DNA of 64,000 bases. It comes from an uncultured Gemmatimonadales bacterium. Its GTDB lineage: Bacteria > Gemmatimonadota > Gemmatimonadetes > Gemmatimonadales > GWC2-71-9. The stretch covers positions 320,001-384,000 of the forward strand of contig CAVOGR010000002.1 of NCBI GenBank assembly GCA_963695555.1, written 5' to 3'. Shown in pieces: positions 8,735 through 18,328 of the stretch. The translations under genes and the position numbers were made by a program. The notes below the pieces were generated by a model. The model was given only the letters and a program-made list of their open reading frames with translations. It ran no database searches and had not been told where the DNA came from. Within the stretch, counting starts at the first letter, position 1; the number at the start of each line of letters is the position of its first letter.

Positions 8735-10342
8735 TTACGGCGCGGCGCGCCACGTTGGAGGTTCGAGCAACGGAATAGCCCCCGGCTGTCGGACCCGCAG
8801 AATGGGGGAGTCGTGCCCTTGGCGCAAGTCGCGATCGAGGAAGTTCCACGCGGCGACCCCATCGGCGGAACCCGGCTCCAGTAGGTATGCGGCAAGCACG
8901 CCCAGACGCTGCTCCGTCGGTACGTAGAACCAGCCCGCCGCTGCCCGTCCGGCCGCGGGCCGCCAGTTCCCGCGCACGTCAACAAGCCGATGGCCCTGAA
9001 ATGGCCGCCGAGCTCCTGCGAGGCTGTCTATGTGAAAGGCCTCAACGGGTCCCGTCCACTCCTCGCCGACCCGGGCGACCCGTACTCCGTGACGGCCAAG
9101 CGCCTCCACGACATGCCCCAGACCGGGCGGGAGAAGATAGCCGGCCGGAAGCGCCTCGCGCCGCACGGGGGCGAAGCGGTCGAACACCGGCATACGGATC
9201 GAGCGGTAGGCCCCGGTGCGACGGCGGCGGGCGAACCCATGCGACCCATCACCCACCGGTTCCGTAATCTCGGCAAGGACCTCGACGAGGTGGGGCGCGG
9301 CATAATCGGATCGCACGGCGACGGAATCCGGCGCCCAGCGCCAGGGTGATCCGTGGAGCGAGGCGATGGTGTCGCGCTGCTCGGCAGCAAGACTCAGGAT
9401 CTCGCGCACGAAGTTGTACGTGGCCGAAATGCGCTCCGCAAACGGCGCATTGCTGTACGCTTCGCTGAGGATCGCCATGCGGCCACGCATCGCGAACCAA
9501 TTGACGCCATAGCGCGGGTATGGTTCGTAGGTAAACCATCCCTGATCAAGAGAATCGGGGTCTTGGTTCTTGAAATTGCCGTAATCGAACACTTCTTGGC
9601 CATGCCGGTCACGCATGTGTGTGCGGATGGTTGGCAGGAACGTATCCCGTAAAAAATCGTTCGGCGGGCCGCTGTTCGGATTGAGCCCTGGGGAATAGGT
9701 GAGTGCGTACCCGTGGTAACTCCCGTTGGTGGTGTGGAGGTCAATGAAGAAATCCGGGTCCCACTCGTTGATCAGCGCCGCGGCGCCTCGTGTCTCGGGG
9801 GCCTCCATCTTGACGTAATCCCGGTTCAGGTCGAGTCCTTGCCCATTGACCCTGCGACCGACCAGCGCGGGACCGTTTTGCCCCGGTCGATTTCGGTCGG
9901 ACGAACCGACTGCCTCATTCCCGTCGACGTTGTAGATCGGCACCACGAGGACAATCACGCTATCCAAGAGCGGCCGAAGGACCCCGAGCGTCAGCTCTCG
10001 AAGCAACATCTGAGCGGCCTCTTTTCCCTCGACTTCCCCAGCGTGAATATTGCCCTGGATGTAGAGAATAGGCTTCCGAGTCCTGTGGGCCGCTGCGGCA
10101 TCATCGACCATCGGCTTGGCGGCGAGTACCCACGGGATCCATCGTCCCTCCACGCTTTGGGCCAGGGTGCCGACTCTGAGGTCGGCGCCGGCGCGTTCGA
10201 GCGAGTCGAGGAACGACAGCACGTCCTGGTGGCTCGAGGTTTGCTGTGCATTGGTGCGCTCGGGTCGGGTGGTCTGTCCGACAAGGAGGCCGCTCGACAG
10301 CGCCACCAGCACGAGCAGTGACGTGCAGAATCGGGGGGTCAT
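8735..10342 (-). CDS. M14 family zinc carboxypeptidase-like protein (secreted)
   Basis: NIHAGEVEG (HxxE), DLNRD, DLHTTNG zinc/substrate motifs; signal peptide. Confidence 0.85.
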   Translation of the reverse strand: MTPRFCTSLLVLVALSSGLLVGQTTRPERTNAQQTSSHQDVLSFLDSLERAGADLRVGTLAQSVEGRWIPWVLAAKPMVDDAAAAHRTRKPILYIQGNIHAGEVEGKEAAQMLLRELTLGVLRPLLDSVIVLVVPIYNVDGNEAVGSSDRNRPGQNGPALVGRRVNGQGLDLNRDYVKMEAPETRGAAALINEWDPDFFIDLHTTNGSYHGYALTYSPGLNPNSGPPNDFLRDTFLPTIRTHMRDRHGQEVFDYGNFKNQDPDSLDQGWFTYEPYPRYGVNWFAMRGRMAILSEAYSNAPFAERISATYNFVREILSLAAEQRDTIASLHGSPWRWAPDSVAVRSDYAAPHLVEVLAEITEPVGDGSHGFARRRRTGAYRSIRMPVFDRFAPVRREALPAGYLLPPGLGHVVEALGRHGVRVARVGEEWTGPVEAFHIDSLAGARRPFQGHRLVDVRGNWRPAAGRAAAGWFYVPTEQRLGVLAAYLLEPGSADGVAAWNFLDRDLRQGHDSPILRVRQPGAIPLLEPPTWRAAP

Positions 10343-12492
10343 GGAGCCACCTCCAGTACGCCGGAAGGGGAGTCGGGCGGAATCAAGTAGCGCGTCTCCT
10401 CGACAAATGGCTGGCCGTCGTCCACGGTAAACGTGACTTCAGGAATGAGCACAGGCCGGCGGCGCGGCCCCACGGAGAGGTCACGCGCGTCAACGTCCGA
10501 TACGAACCACGACGCAACGCTGTTATCCATGATCACCTGGAATGCATCCGTATCACGCCGGATGACGAGCCGCCTCACCTCAGCGGGCTCCGGCACGGCA
10601 TCGGCAAGGGCCGCGATCATGAGATAGCCCTGGACGTGCGGGTCCAGTGGACGCGAGGCGGCCATCTCCGCGAGTTTCTCGGCCTCACCGAACGCGATGA
10701 GAGGGAACTCGACGGCGAGCTTCCGAAGAATCCGGTCGGCCTCGTATTCGGCTAACCCTTCCGCCAAGTAGAGGTCCGGCTCTATCACGGTAAGGACCGC
10801 GCCATCCGCGCCCACCGAAAGCCCGGAGCCGTCGGAACGGGTGCGCACATGGCCGTGGACAATGTGATGCCATTCATGGAGCACTGTCCCGATCGCGAAG
10901 AGGGGCATGGTGCTCGGGTCGATCAACACGATGTCGTGCGCTTCGAGAAATCCGCCTCGGGCCCGTGTGGATTCCTGGCCGATGCTGCTGATCTCGTATC
11001 GAAATGTCCCGAGATCGACGACTGACGTCCCGGGGGCGGGCGACCCTACCTCTTGAACAACCCGCCGCAGCCCTGCACTACCGTGTCGTGCCAGCCAGCG
11101 GACCGCAGATGGGTTTTCTGCAACGATCAACCGATCGAGGACTTCCGGGAAGACACCCGCCACTGGTGCGCCTTCGGCGTACCCGAACAGGCGCACGCGA
11201 ACGGCCGGCACAGGCGCGCCATTGTCGGGCCAAGTTGATTGTACGATGTCGGCAAGGGAACGTGCACCGGAGTCCCCGAGCCACGGCTCGGTCACGAGGA
11301 ATCGCATGGCGGCTTCGTACCAGTGCACGGCCCCTTCGTAGCCGGCGAGCAACGCTTGAACCGCGCGGAACGAATCCGGAGCTCCGTGCTGCATGGGGCC
11401 GAGTACGGCGCCGTAGTGCTCCGGCTCCGTGTTCGAGAGGACGAAGAGACGGTACAGTTCTAACGCGATCACTTCATCGGCAGGCTGGTGTTCCGATCGG
11501 GACAGACGTCCGGCCACCGAAAGCGCGGCCGTGGCGCTTGTCCATTCAACTCCCGGCAGCTGGTGGCGCGCAGCACGGAGTGCCACATCGTGAATGTCGA
11601 CCTGCCACTCACCGGCCGGTCGGAAGAGGAAGTCGAACCGCTTGCGGGCGGGATCGGTAACCAAACGACGTCGCACGGTCGCCAACACGGCCTGGTGCGC
11701 GGCCACCATCGCCTCGCGGTGACGCAGTCCCATTGCCCGGATCACCGCGGCCTCGGCCAAGTCCTCAGGACTCAATGTCGTGAGTCCGGATGCGCCCGCC
11801 ACAGCACGATATCGTTCGAGAACCGACTCGGTAGTGTGTCCGCGCGCGGCGGCGGCTCGCAGCCAGGCACCCGGCAGCCGCTGGATGGAATCTCCGGCCC
11901 CGTAGAAGACCAGCATCTGCCGCTGGGTAAATCGGGGCAGTGATGGGTAGAACTCGACAGAATCCGCGAGACGCCCGGCAACCCACTGGCGGCGCGCACC
12001 GCCGTCCAAGAACGCCTCACCGACCAGGCTATCCTGCACGAGCCGGCCGGCAAACCGCCGCACGTTCGAGCCGGTTACCAGCCACTCGACACTGTCGTGA
12101 TCGAACGCGCGGCCCGTGAGCGGGCGGGGGCTGTCCGTGAGGCCTGCCAGATCCAACGTGCCGGACAGAGTTGCCCCATCAACCGCGAGCCACAGCTCAC
12201 CCAAGATTGCGGCCGGTGTACCGCCACGAAGGATGACCCGCCACCGACCGGCCACCTGACCGTTGAGCGTGGTGGTGGATGTGAGGAAGACCAGGATCAG
12301 CGTGGCGAGGATGCGCGGCGCAGTCCAGCCTCCGCGGGGACCACGGCGCGGATTCGTTCCGCGGTGCCGGGAAGCCTGTTTGCTAAGGAGACGCAGGGGG
12401 GGAGTTCTCTGACGCGGCCCCAGCAGGGGATGCCGGTTCGGGACCAGCCTTGGCGGCTGCCGTGTCCGCGGGCACGACTTGTTGACGGTCAA
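10339..12492 (-). CDS. Hypothetical secreted gluzincin-like metalloprotein
   Basis: HEWHH followed by LAEGLAEY; hydrophobic signal ILATLILVFLT near 12310. The true start is probably about 12320-12380, because the ORF-track start overlaps the upstream gene. Confidence 0.6.
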   Translation of the reverse strand: MTVNKSCPRTRQPPRLVPNRHPLLGPRQRTPPLRLLSKQASRHRGTNPRRGPRGGWTAPRILATLILVFLTSTTTLNGQVAGRWRVILRGGTPAAILGELWLAVDGATLSGTLDLAGLTDSPRPLTGRAFDHDSVEWLVTGSNVRRFAGRLVQDSLVGEAFLDGGARRQWVAGRLADSVEFYPSLPRFTQRQMLVFYGAGDSIQRLPGAWLRAAAARGHTTESVLERYRAVAGASGLTTLSPEDLAEAAVIRAMGLRHREAMVAAHQAVLATVRRRLVTDPARKRFDFLFRPAGEWQVDIHDVALRAARHQLPGVEWTSATAALSVAGRLSRSEHQPADEVIALELYRLFVLSNTEPEHYGAVLGPMQHGAPDSFRAVQALLAGYEGAVHWYEAAMRFLVTEPWLGDSGARSLADIVQSTWPDNGAPVPAVRVRLFGYAEGAPVAGVFPEVLDRLIVAENPSAVRWLARHGSAGLRRVVQEVGSPAPGTSVVDLGTFRYEISSIGQESTRARGGFLEAHDIVLIDPSTMPLFAIGTVLHEWHHIVHGHVRTRSDGSGLSVGADGAVLTVIEPDLYLAEGLAEYEADRILRKLAVEFPLIAFGEAEKLAEMAASRPLDPHVQGYLMIAALADAVPEPAEVRRLVIRRDTDAFQVIMDNSVASWFVSDVDARDLSVGPRRRPVLIPEVTFTVDDGQPFVEETRYLIPPDSPSGVLEVAP

Positions 12493-13528
12493 CCGGGATG
12501 GGCGTCACCGCCATTCCGGGCTGGAGGCGGACCTGTCCGCCGACCACCACTTGCTCTCCGGCAGCCACGCCTGAACGGATCTCGACAAAGCCAGGGATTC
12601 GGACTCCCAACTCAACCGCGCGTCGCTCCGCCTTGCTACTGTCATCGATCACCCAGATCACCGGCCCTGCCTCGAGCGGGACGATCGCCTCCTCGGGCAC
12701 GATCGTCGCTGCGGGGCGCACGTCGGTGGCCAGCCGGACTTCAATGAACATGCCGGGCTGGAGATCTCCCTCACGGTTCGGAACGCGGGCTTTCACCAGG
12801 ATCGTTCGCGAGGGAAGGGTGACGATGGGATCGACGAACTCGACGGTACCCCGGAAATCACGCCCCGGAATGGCCGCTACCCGGAAGGCGACCTCCTGCC
12901 CGAGGGCGAGTTCCGAGGCGTAGCGCTCGGGAACCTGAAACACGGCACGCTGGGGGTGAACGGTTTGGAGCGTGACCAACCCGGTGGAGCTGGTGACGTA
13001 ATCGCCCAGGCTCACTTGCCGCGAGCCGGCGACACCGCCAAAGGGAGCGCGGACGACCGTCCGGTCGAGGCGGACCTTGAGAAGTTCGTACTGCGCCTCG
13101 CTACTGCGGGCGGTGGCTTCCGCCTGTTCCAGATCGGCCTGCGAGGCGGCATTCTGTGCGATGAGAGTGCGAGTCCGTTCCAGGGCCTGGCGGCTGAGAT
13201 CTCGCTCGGCTTCGGCCCGAGCGACCTGGGCGACCAGCTCCGCGTCGTCGACCTTGAACAGTGGCGCCCCGGCCCGAACGTATCTGCCCTCCCGAAAAAG
13301 GATACCGGTGATTCGTCCGTCGATGTCCGGCCGGAGGATGATCGATTGCACGGCTTCGATCTGACCCGTTGCCTGAATCGCGTCGATCACCGTGTCCACC
13401 TGCGCCCGAGCGACTTCCACTGGCGCGGCAAACCCGCCGCCGCCAAACCCGCCATCTTCGGCTTGCCCATCGCCACAACCCCATGCGGCGACAACCGCGA
13501 GCCCGAATACCAGACCTCGTGTGACCAT
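12383..13528 (-). CDS. RND efflux periplasmic adaptor (MFP) subunit
   Basis: Lipobox AWGC; lipoyl/hairpin/beta-barrel MFP pattern, VRAPFGG, LQPGMF. Confidence 0.9.
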   Translation of the reverse strand: MVTRGLVFGLAVVAAWGCGDGQAEDGGFGGGGFAAPVEVARAQVDTVIDAIQATGQIEAVQSIILRPDIDGRITGILFREGRYVRAGAPLFKVDDAELVAQVARAEAERDLSRQALERTRTLIAQNAASQADLEQAEATARSSEAQYELLKVRLDRTVVRAPFGGVAGSRQVSLGDYVTSSTGLVTLQTVHPQRAVFQVPERYASELALGQEVAFRVAAIPGRDFRGTVEFVDPIVTLPSRTILVKARVPNREGDLQPGMFIEVRLATDVRPAATIVPEEAIVPLEAGPVIWVIDDSSKAERRAVELGVRIPGFVEIRSGVAAGEQVVVGGQVRLQPGMAVTPIPVDRQQVVPADTAAAKAGPEPASPAGAASENSPPASP

Positions 13529-14805
13529 TAGTCCTTCCCGGTGAAGAGGCGCCGGCCGAGAATCGCTTCCAGCCCCGCCAGTGCCAATCGTGTTGCCGTG
13601 CGGGACTGTACCAGCCCCGCCTGGGCGTCGCTCAAGTTGACCTGCGCTTCGAGGAGATCGAGAATGTCGGTTGCGCCGCTCCGATAGCGTGCCTGCTGAA
13701 CACGATAATTCTCTTCGGCAACGACAACGGCCTGCGCGGCGAGGTCGGTCGCCGCCCGCGACGTCAGGTACTGGTCATAGGCCTGGGTCACGTCGGGTCG
13801 GGCCGAGCGTTCCAGATCCTCTCGAATGGCACGGGCGACGTCGCGGTTGACGCGTGCCTGCGTAATACCGATCTCGCGTCTCCCCCCGTCCCAGATCGGC
13901 AGGCTCACCCCGATCGAGAGGGTCGAGCGCTTGGTGGCGTTCGGGAAGACTTTCACGTCGAAGGCGGAGGTGTTCGCGGACAGTCCCACCTGCGGCAACC
14001 ACGCCGAGCGTTGGGCCCAGAGTTGTGCTCCGGCGCTCTGCTCGTTGGCCCGGGCAACCCGATAGCTCGGGCCCTGTTCCAGCGCTTCGGCGACGGCCTC
14101 TTCGAGGGTCAGCGGGAGATCGGGCGCGGGCCCGGACGGCAGTGGCGCGGCATCCACCGGCCCTGCCGCCCCAATCAGGCTGCCCAGGGTCAGTCGCGAC
14201 ACGCGCAGCCGGCTTTCCTCGCGCAGCAGGTTGACGCGAGCCCGGGTGAGTTCCAGCAAGAGCCGGAGCGAATCGGTCTGGACGGCCGCCCCGGACAATA
14301 CCCGGGCCCGCGCAACGACCAACTGTTCCTCGGCGCGGGCCACCCGTTGCCGAGCGACTTCGGTGAGCTCCCTGTTCGAGACCAGATCATAGTAGGCCGA
14401 CTCGGTGAGGAGCGCAGCCGCGAAGCGCGCCTCCAGTTCCCCCGCTCGAGCGCCGGTCAGCTGGGCCTTGGCGGCCGCGAGATCGGCAAATTTCCGTCCG
14501 CCCGCAAAGAGTTCGTATTGGCCGGTCAACTGGGCAAAGGCAAACGTCTTCGATGCCGCGCCCGTCCCGATATTGAAACTCGGCGAGGAGGAGACCTGGT
14601 AGCTCCCCTGCACCGTGATCGAGGGAAGGATGAAGGCCAGGTAGGCTGCGCGCCGACCCCACGCCGCGTTATCGATCTGTCCGAGGGCCGCCACATAGTT
14701 GGGATCGAGCTGGGTCGCGCGTTCCAACGCTTCGGCAAGGGTGACGCGAGGCATGGTATCCGTCGCGGCAACCTGCACCGCCAGGAACAATCCGAGCAGC
14801 ATCAT
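13528..14805 (-). CDS. TolC family outer-membrane efflux protein
   Basis: LAEALERA, LPIWDGG, RYRSGATDILDLLEAQ; located between RND and MFP genes. Confidence 0.88.
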   Translation of the reverse strand: MMLLGLFLAVQVAATDTMPRVTLAEALERATQLDPNYVAALGQIDNAAWGRRAAYLAFILPSITVQGSYQVSSSPSFNIGTGAASKTFAFAQLTGQYELFAGGRKFADLAAAKAQLTGARAGELEARFAAALLTESAYYDLVSNRELTEVARQRVARAEEQLVVARARVLSGAAVQTDSLRLLLELTRARVNLLREESRLRVSRLTLGSLIGAAGPVDAAPLPSGPAPDLPLTLEEAVAEALEQGPSYRVARANEQSAGAQLWAQRSAWLPQVGLSANTSAFDVKVFPNATKRSTLSIGVSLPIWDGGRREIGITQARVNRDVARAIREDLERSARPDVTQAYDQYLTSRAATDLAAQAVVVAEENYRVQQARYRSGATDILDLLEAQVNLSDAQAGLVQSRTATRLALAGLEAILGRRLFTGKD

Positions 14806-17800
14806 GCTTCAACCGTGGCGCGCGGGATTCGGCCACGCCACCCTCCGACGGCCAGCCGGATCTGGAGCGCATCCAGCAGGACGTAGACCACCGGCACCAG
14901 GAAGAGCGTCAGGACCGTCGATACCATGATGCCCCCGACGATAACCAGGCCAAGTGGAATCCTGCTCTCGGAGCCGGCGCTGAGCCCCAACGCGATTGGC
15001 ATGGCCCCTGCTACTGTTGATGTAGCCGTCATCAGGATTGGCCGGAGTCGTATGCGCCCCGCCTCGAGCACGGCATCGATGGTGTCCAGTCCTTTGGCCT
15101 TCAATTGATTGGCATATTCCACCAACAGGATCGAGTTCTTCGACGCCAACCCGATCAGGAGGATCATCCCGATTTGGCTATAAAGATTGAGCGTGGACTG
15201 CATGATGAAGAGCGTCACCAGCGCACCGCTTACTGCTAATGGCACCGCGAGGAGTACGGTGAACGGGTGCACCAGCGACTCGAATTGGGCGGCCAGGACC
15301 ATGTATACCACGATGAGTGCCAGCACAAACGCGAAATACAACGCCGTTCCGCTGTCTTCCAGCTCTCGCGATTCTCCGGCGAGTGCGGTGGAGCTACCGG
15401 GTGGCAGCACTTCGGCCGCGGCTGCGCGGAGGGAATCAATCGCCGAGCCAAGTACCAGGCCGGGCGCAAGGCTCGCGTCGAGCGTGTAGGAGCGCACCCG
15501 GTTGTAGTGCAGCAGCGCCGACGGGCCGATGTTCTCGGTCACGGTGGCCACTTGATCGAGATTGATCAACCCGCCCTCGCGCCCTCGGACATAGAGGCCG
15601 CTCATGTCGCTCGGCGTGGCTCGCTCCTCCGGGCGCATCTGTACCACGACATCATAGAGCTTGTTGTCGCGGGTAAACGTGCTGACCCGCCGACCCCCGA
15701 GCATGGTTTCGAGCGTCGCCCCGATAGACTCCACCGAGACGCCGAGATCTTCAGCCCGATCGCGTTGGTAACTGACGGTGAGTTCCGGTTTGTTCACCTT
15801 GAGGTCGATATCGAGGTTGATCAACCCCGGAATCTGGGCCGCCCGCGCCTGGAAGCCGTCCATGCCGGCCAGCAACGAATCGAAGTTCGGGTGTTGCACC
15901 ACGAACTGCACCGGCTTCCCGAATCCTCCGATGGGCGAGGGAGCGAAGGCAAATGCCTGAACCCCCGGGATCCCGAAATATTGAGGGAAGAGCTCTCCGA
16001 TCACGTCCTGGGTGGAGCGACTGCGCTCCGACCAGTCGGTGAGTTGCGCGAAGACAATGCCTTGGTTGACCGGAACGAAGCCGCCCACGATGCTGAAGTA
16101 CGACTCGATGTCCGCCGTCCTGGCCAGGATCGCCTCGACCTGTTGTTGGTATTGATCGGTGAATTCGACCGTGGACCCTTCCGGCGCCTGAATGACGCTG
16201 AGGAACCACCCACGATCCTCGTCCGGGACGAACTCCCGTTCGAGCGCCCGGAAGGTGACCACCGCCACCACGAGAGCGCCGACGGCACCACCAAGCACGA
16301 CTCCGCGATGCCGCACTGCCCAGGTGAGCGCCTTGGTGTAGCCCGCAGCCAGCCCTACAAACCCGCGCTCGAACGCCTGAAACACCGGGCCGTGCGACTT
16401 GGGGACCCGCAAGATTTTGGCACACAGCATGGGCGTCAGGCTGAGCGCGACGAAACTCGACACGATCACCGCACCCGCCAACGCCACGCCGAACTCGTTG
16501 AACAGCCGACCGGTCGTGCCCTGGAGGAAGGCCAGCGGCGAGAACACCGCCACGAGCGCGACCGTGGTGGCAATCACGGCGAATGCGATTTCCCGCGTGC
16601 CGTCGCGTGCAGCGATTGCCGGGTCTTCGACCAGCTCTTCCTGGTGGCGGTAGGCGTTCTCGAGCACAACGATGGCGTCATCGACCACGAGGCCGATCGC
16701 GAGAATCAGCGCCAGTAAGGTAAAGGTATTGATCGAGAATCCGAGGAAGAACATGACCGCGAAGGCCGCAATGATCGACACGGGAATCGCGAGACCTGGA
16801 ATCAGCGTGGCGCGGACGTTGCGCAGTGCCAGGAAGATGATGACGACGACCAGAAACGCCGCGAGCCCGAGCGTCAGCAGCGTCTCGCGGATGGATCGCT
16901 TGACATAAATCGAGGAATCGAACGCCGCTTCGATCTCGACACCGGGCGGAAGTGCTGCCTGCACCGCGGGCAGGCCCGCACGAATGTTCTCGGCCACGTC
17001 GAGCAGATTCGCCTTGGACTGACGGACCACGCCGATACCGATAGCGGAAACGCCCTTGTATCGCAGGGTACTCCGCTCCTCTCGGGCGGCCAGCTCGACT
17101 TTCGCCAGATCGATCAGCTTCACCAACTGGCCGCCCTGGTTGGCCACCGTGATGTTGCCGAACTGTTCGGGTGTCTTGAGCTCGCCCAAGGAGCGAACGG
17201 TGAACTCCCGAGTCTCGGATTCGATTCTGCCGGCCGGGATTTCCACGTTCCGGGTCCGGATGGCGTTCTCGACGTCTTGGACCGTCAGCCCGCGCGCCGC
17301 GAGCTCCTTCGGCGAGAGCCAGATTCGCATGGAGTATTGCCGCTGCCCGGCAATGAAGACCCGCCCGACCCCGGTAATGGTTTGCAGTCGGGTCTTCACG
17401 ATCCGGTCTGCGATGTCGGAGAGCTGCATGCGGGTGTAGTTGGCCCCAGAAAGCGCTATCCAATAGAACGGCTGCGCGTCGGCGTCCTGCTTGGCCACCA
17501 CGGGCTCGCCGACCTCTCGGGGCAGCCGGCCCCGCACCCGGGAGACCTTGTCGCGCACGTCCTGCGCGGCGCTCTCGATGTCCCGACCCAGGTTGAATTC
17601 GAGGGTGATGTTGCTGCTTTGCTCCGCGCTCGAGCTGGTGAGGGTACGAAGGCCCTCAACGGTGCTCAATTCCTCTTCGAGAATGTCCGTCACGGCCGAT
17701 TCGACCACCCGTGGATTGGCACCGGGCAAGAAGGTCGACACCGAGATGATGGGCGGGTCGATATCGGGAAACTCCCGTACCTGAAGTCGGGTGTACCCAA

Positions 17801-17879
17801 TGACGCCAAAAAGCACGAGTGCCGCGCTCATCATCGTAGCCAGCACGGGGCGCTCGATCGACATATCGGACAGTTTCAT
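14802..17879 (-). CDS. RND efflux permease (AcrB/MdtB family)
   Basis: 1025 aa; IGLVVDDAIVVLEN, KNSILLVE, RLRPILMT motifs. Confidence 0.93.
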   Translation of the reverse strand: MKLSDMSIERPVLATMMSAALVLFGVIGYTRLQVREFPDIDPPIISVSTFLPGANPRVVESAVTDILEEELSTVEGLRTLTSSSAEQSSNITLEFNLGRDIESAAQDVRDKVSRVRGRLPREVGEPVVAKQDADAQPFYWIALSGANYTRMQLSDIADRIVKTRLQTITGVGRVFIAGQRQYSMRIWLSPKELAARGLTVQDVENAIRTRNVEIPAGRIESETREFTVRSLGELKTPEQFGNITVANQGGQLVKLIDLAKVELAAREERSTLRYKGVSAIGIGVVRQSKANLLDVAENIRAGLPAVQAALPPGVEIEAAFDSSIYVKRSIRETLLTLGLAAFLVVVIIFLALRNVRATLIPGLAIPVSIIAAFAVMFFLGFSINTFTLLALILAIGLVVDDAIVVLENAYRHQEELVEDPAIAARDGTREIAFAVIATTVALVAVFSPLAFLQGTTGRLFNEFGVALAGAVIVSSFVALSLTPMLCAKILRVPKSHGPVFQAFERGFVGLAAGYTKALTWAVRHRGVVLGGAVGALVVAVVTFRALEREFVPDEDRGWFLSVIQAPEGSTVEFTDQYQQQVEAILARTADIESYFSIVGGFVPVNQGIVFAQLTDWSERSRSTQDVIGELFPQYFGIPGVQAFAFAPSPIGGFGKPVQFVVQHPNFDSLLAGMDGFQARAAQIPGLINLDIDLKVNKPELTVSYQRDRAEDLGVSVESIGATLETMLGGRRVSTFTRDNKLYDVVVQMRPEERATPSDMSGLYVRGREGGLINLDQVATVTENIGPSALLHYNRVRSYTLDASLAPGLVLGSAIDSLRAAAAEVLPPGSSTALAGESRELEDSGTALYFAFVLALIVVYMVLAAQFESLVHPFTVLLAVPLAVSGALVTLFIMQSTLNLYSQIGMILLIGLASKNSILLVEYANQLKAKGLDTIDAVLEAGRIRLRPILMTATSTVAGAMPIALGLSAGSESRIPLGLVIVGGIMVSTVLTLFLVPVVYVLLDALQIRLAVGGWRGRIPRATVEA

Positions 17880-18099
17880 GCGTCCTCGACTTGATTGGAC
17901 CGCGCAGGCCGCCGCTTCAGAGCTAGGATTGACGTCCCCCTACGAGCACCCGACCCCATTGGTTACTGCCCGGACGGCAGGGATGGGCAGACCATGGGGC
18001 TTCGGGGGTCGTCCTCGCGCGGCTATCGGGGCGGGGGATTGCTGGAGAAGAACGCGGCCTGCTCAATCCTCGTCAAGAAAATGCTGGAGAGTCGTCGGG

Positions 18100-18261
18100 T
18101 TAGGATGACTCGCTGCCCAGCCGGGCGTCCACGAGCGGTCCGGCAAACAGGAGGATCATCGCGTTCACGAGGACCCCGATCAAACCAGTCACGAATGCCA
18201 GCGCAGCGAGCATCAGGCCGGCGCCAATTGTGGCCAGGACCATCACGAGGACGTCGAACAT
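18100..18261 (-). CDS. Small (53 aa) hydrophobic membrane protein, below the ORF-track size cut-off
   Basis: Hand translation MFDVLVMVLATIGAGLMLAALAFVTGLIGVLVNAMILLFAGPLVDARLGSESS*; GGGAG upstream of ATG; GC-rich third codon positions. Confidence 0.55.
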   Translation of the reverse strand: MFDVLVMVLATIGAGLMLAALAFVTGLIGVLVNAMILLFAGPLVDARLGSESS

Positions 18262-18328
18262 CGTGCCGCTCCCGAAGTCAGGCTCTGAAGGACACGTAGG
18301 TTACATCCCTGGTCGGCATCCCCGCAAC

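Noticed and set aside
15267..16718. Long antisense ORFs (for example 15267-16718, 24594-26126, 58753-60075, 60881-62098)
   Set aside because: Shadow ORFs opposite well-supported genes, expected in high-GC DNA; no motifs
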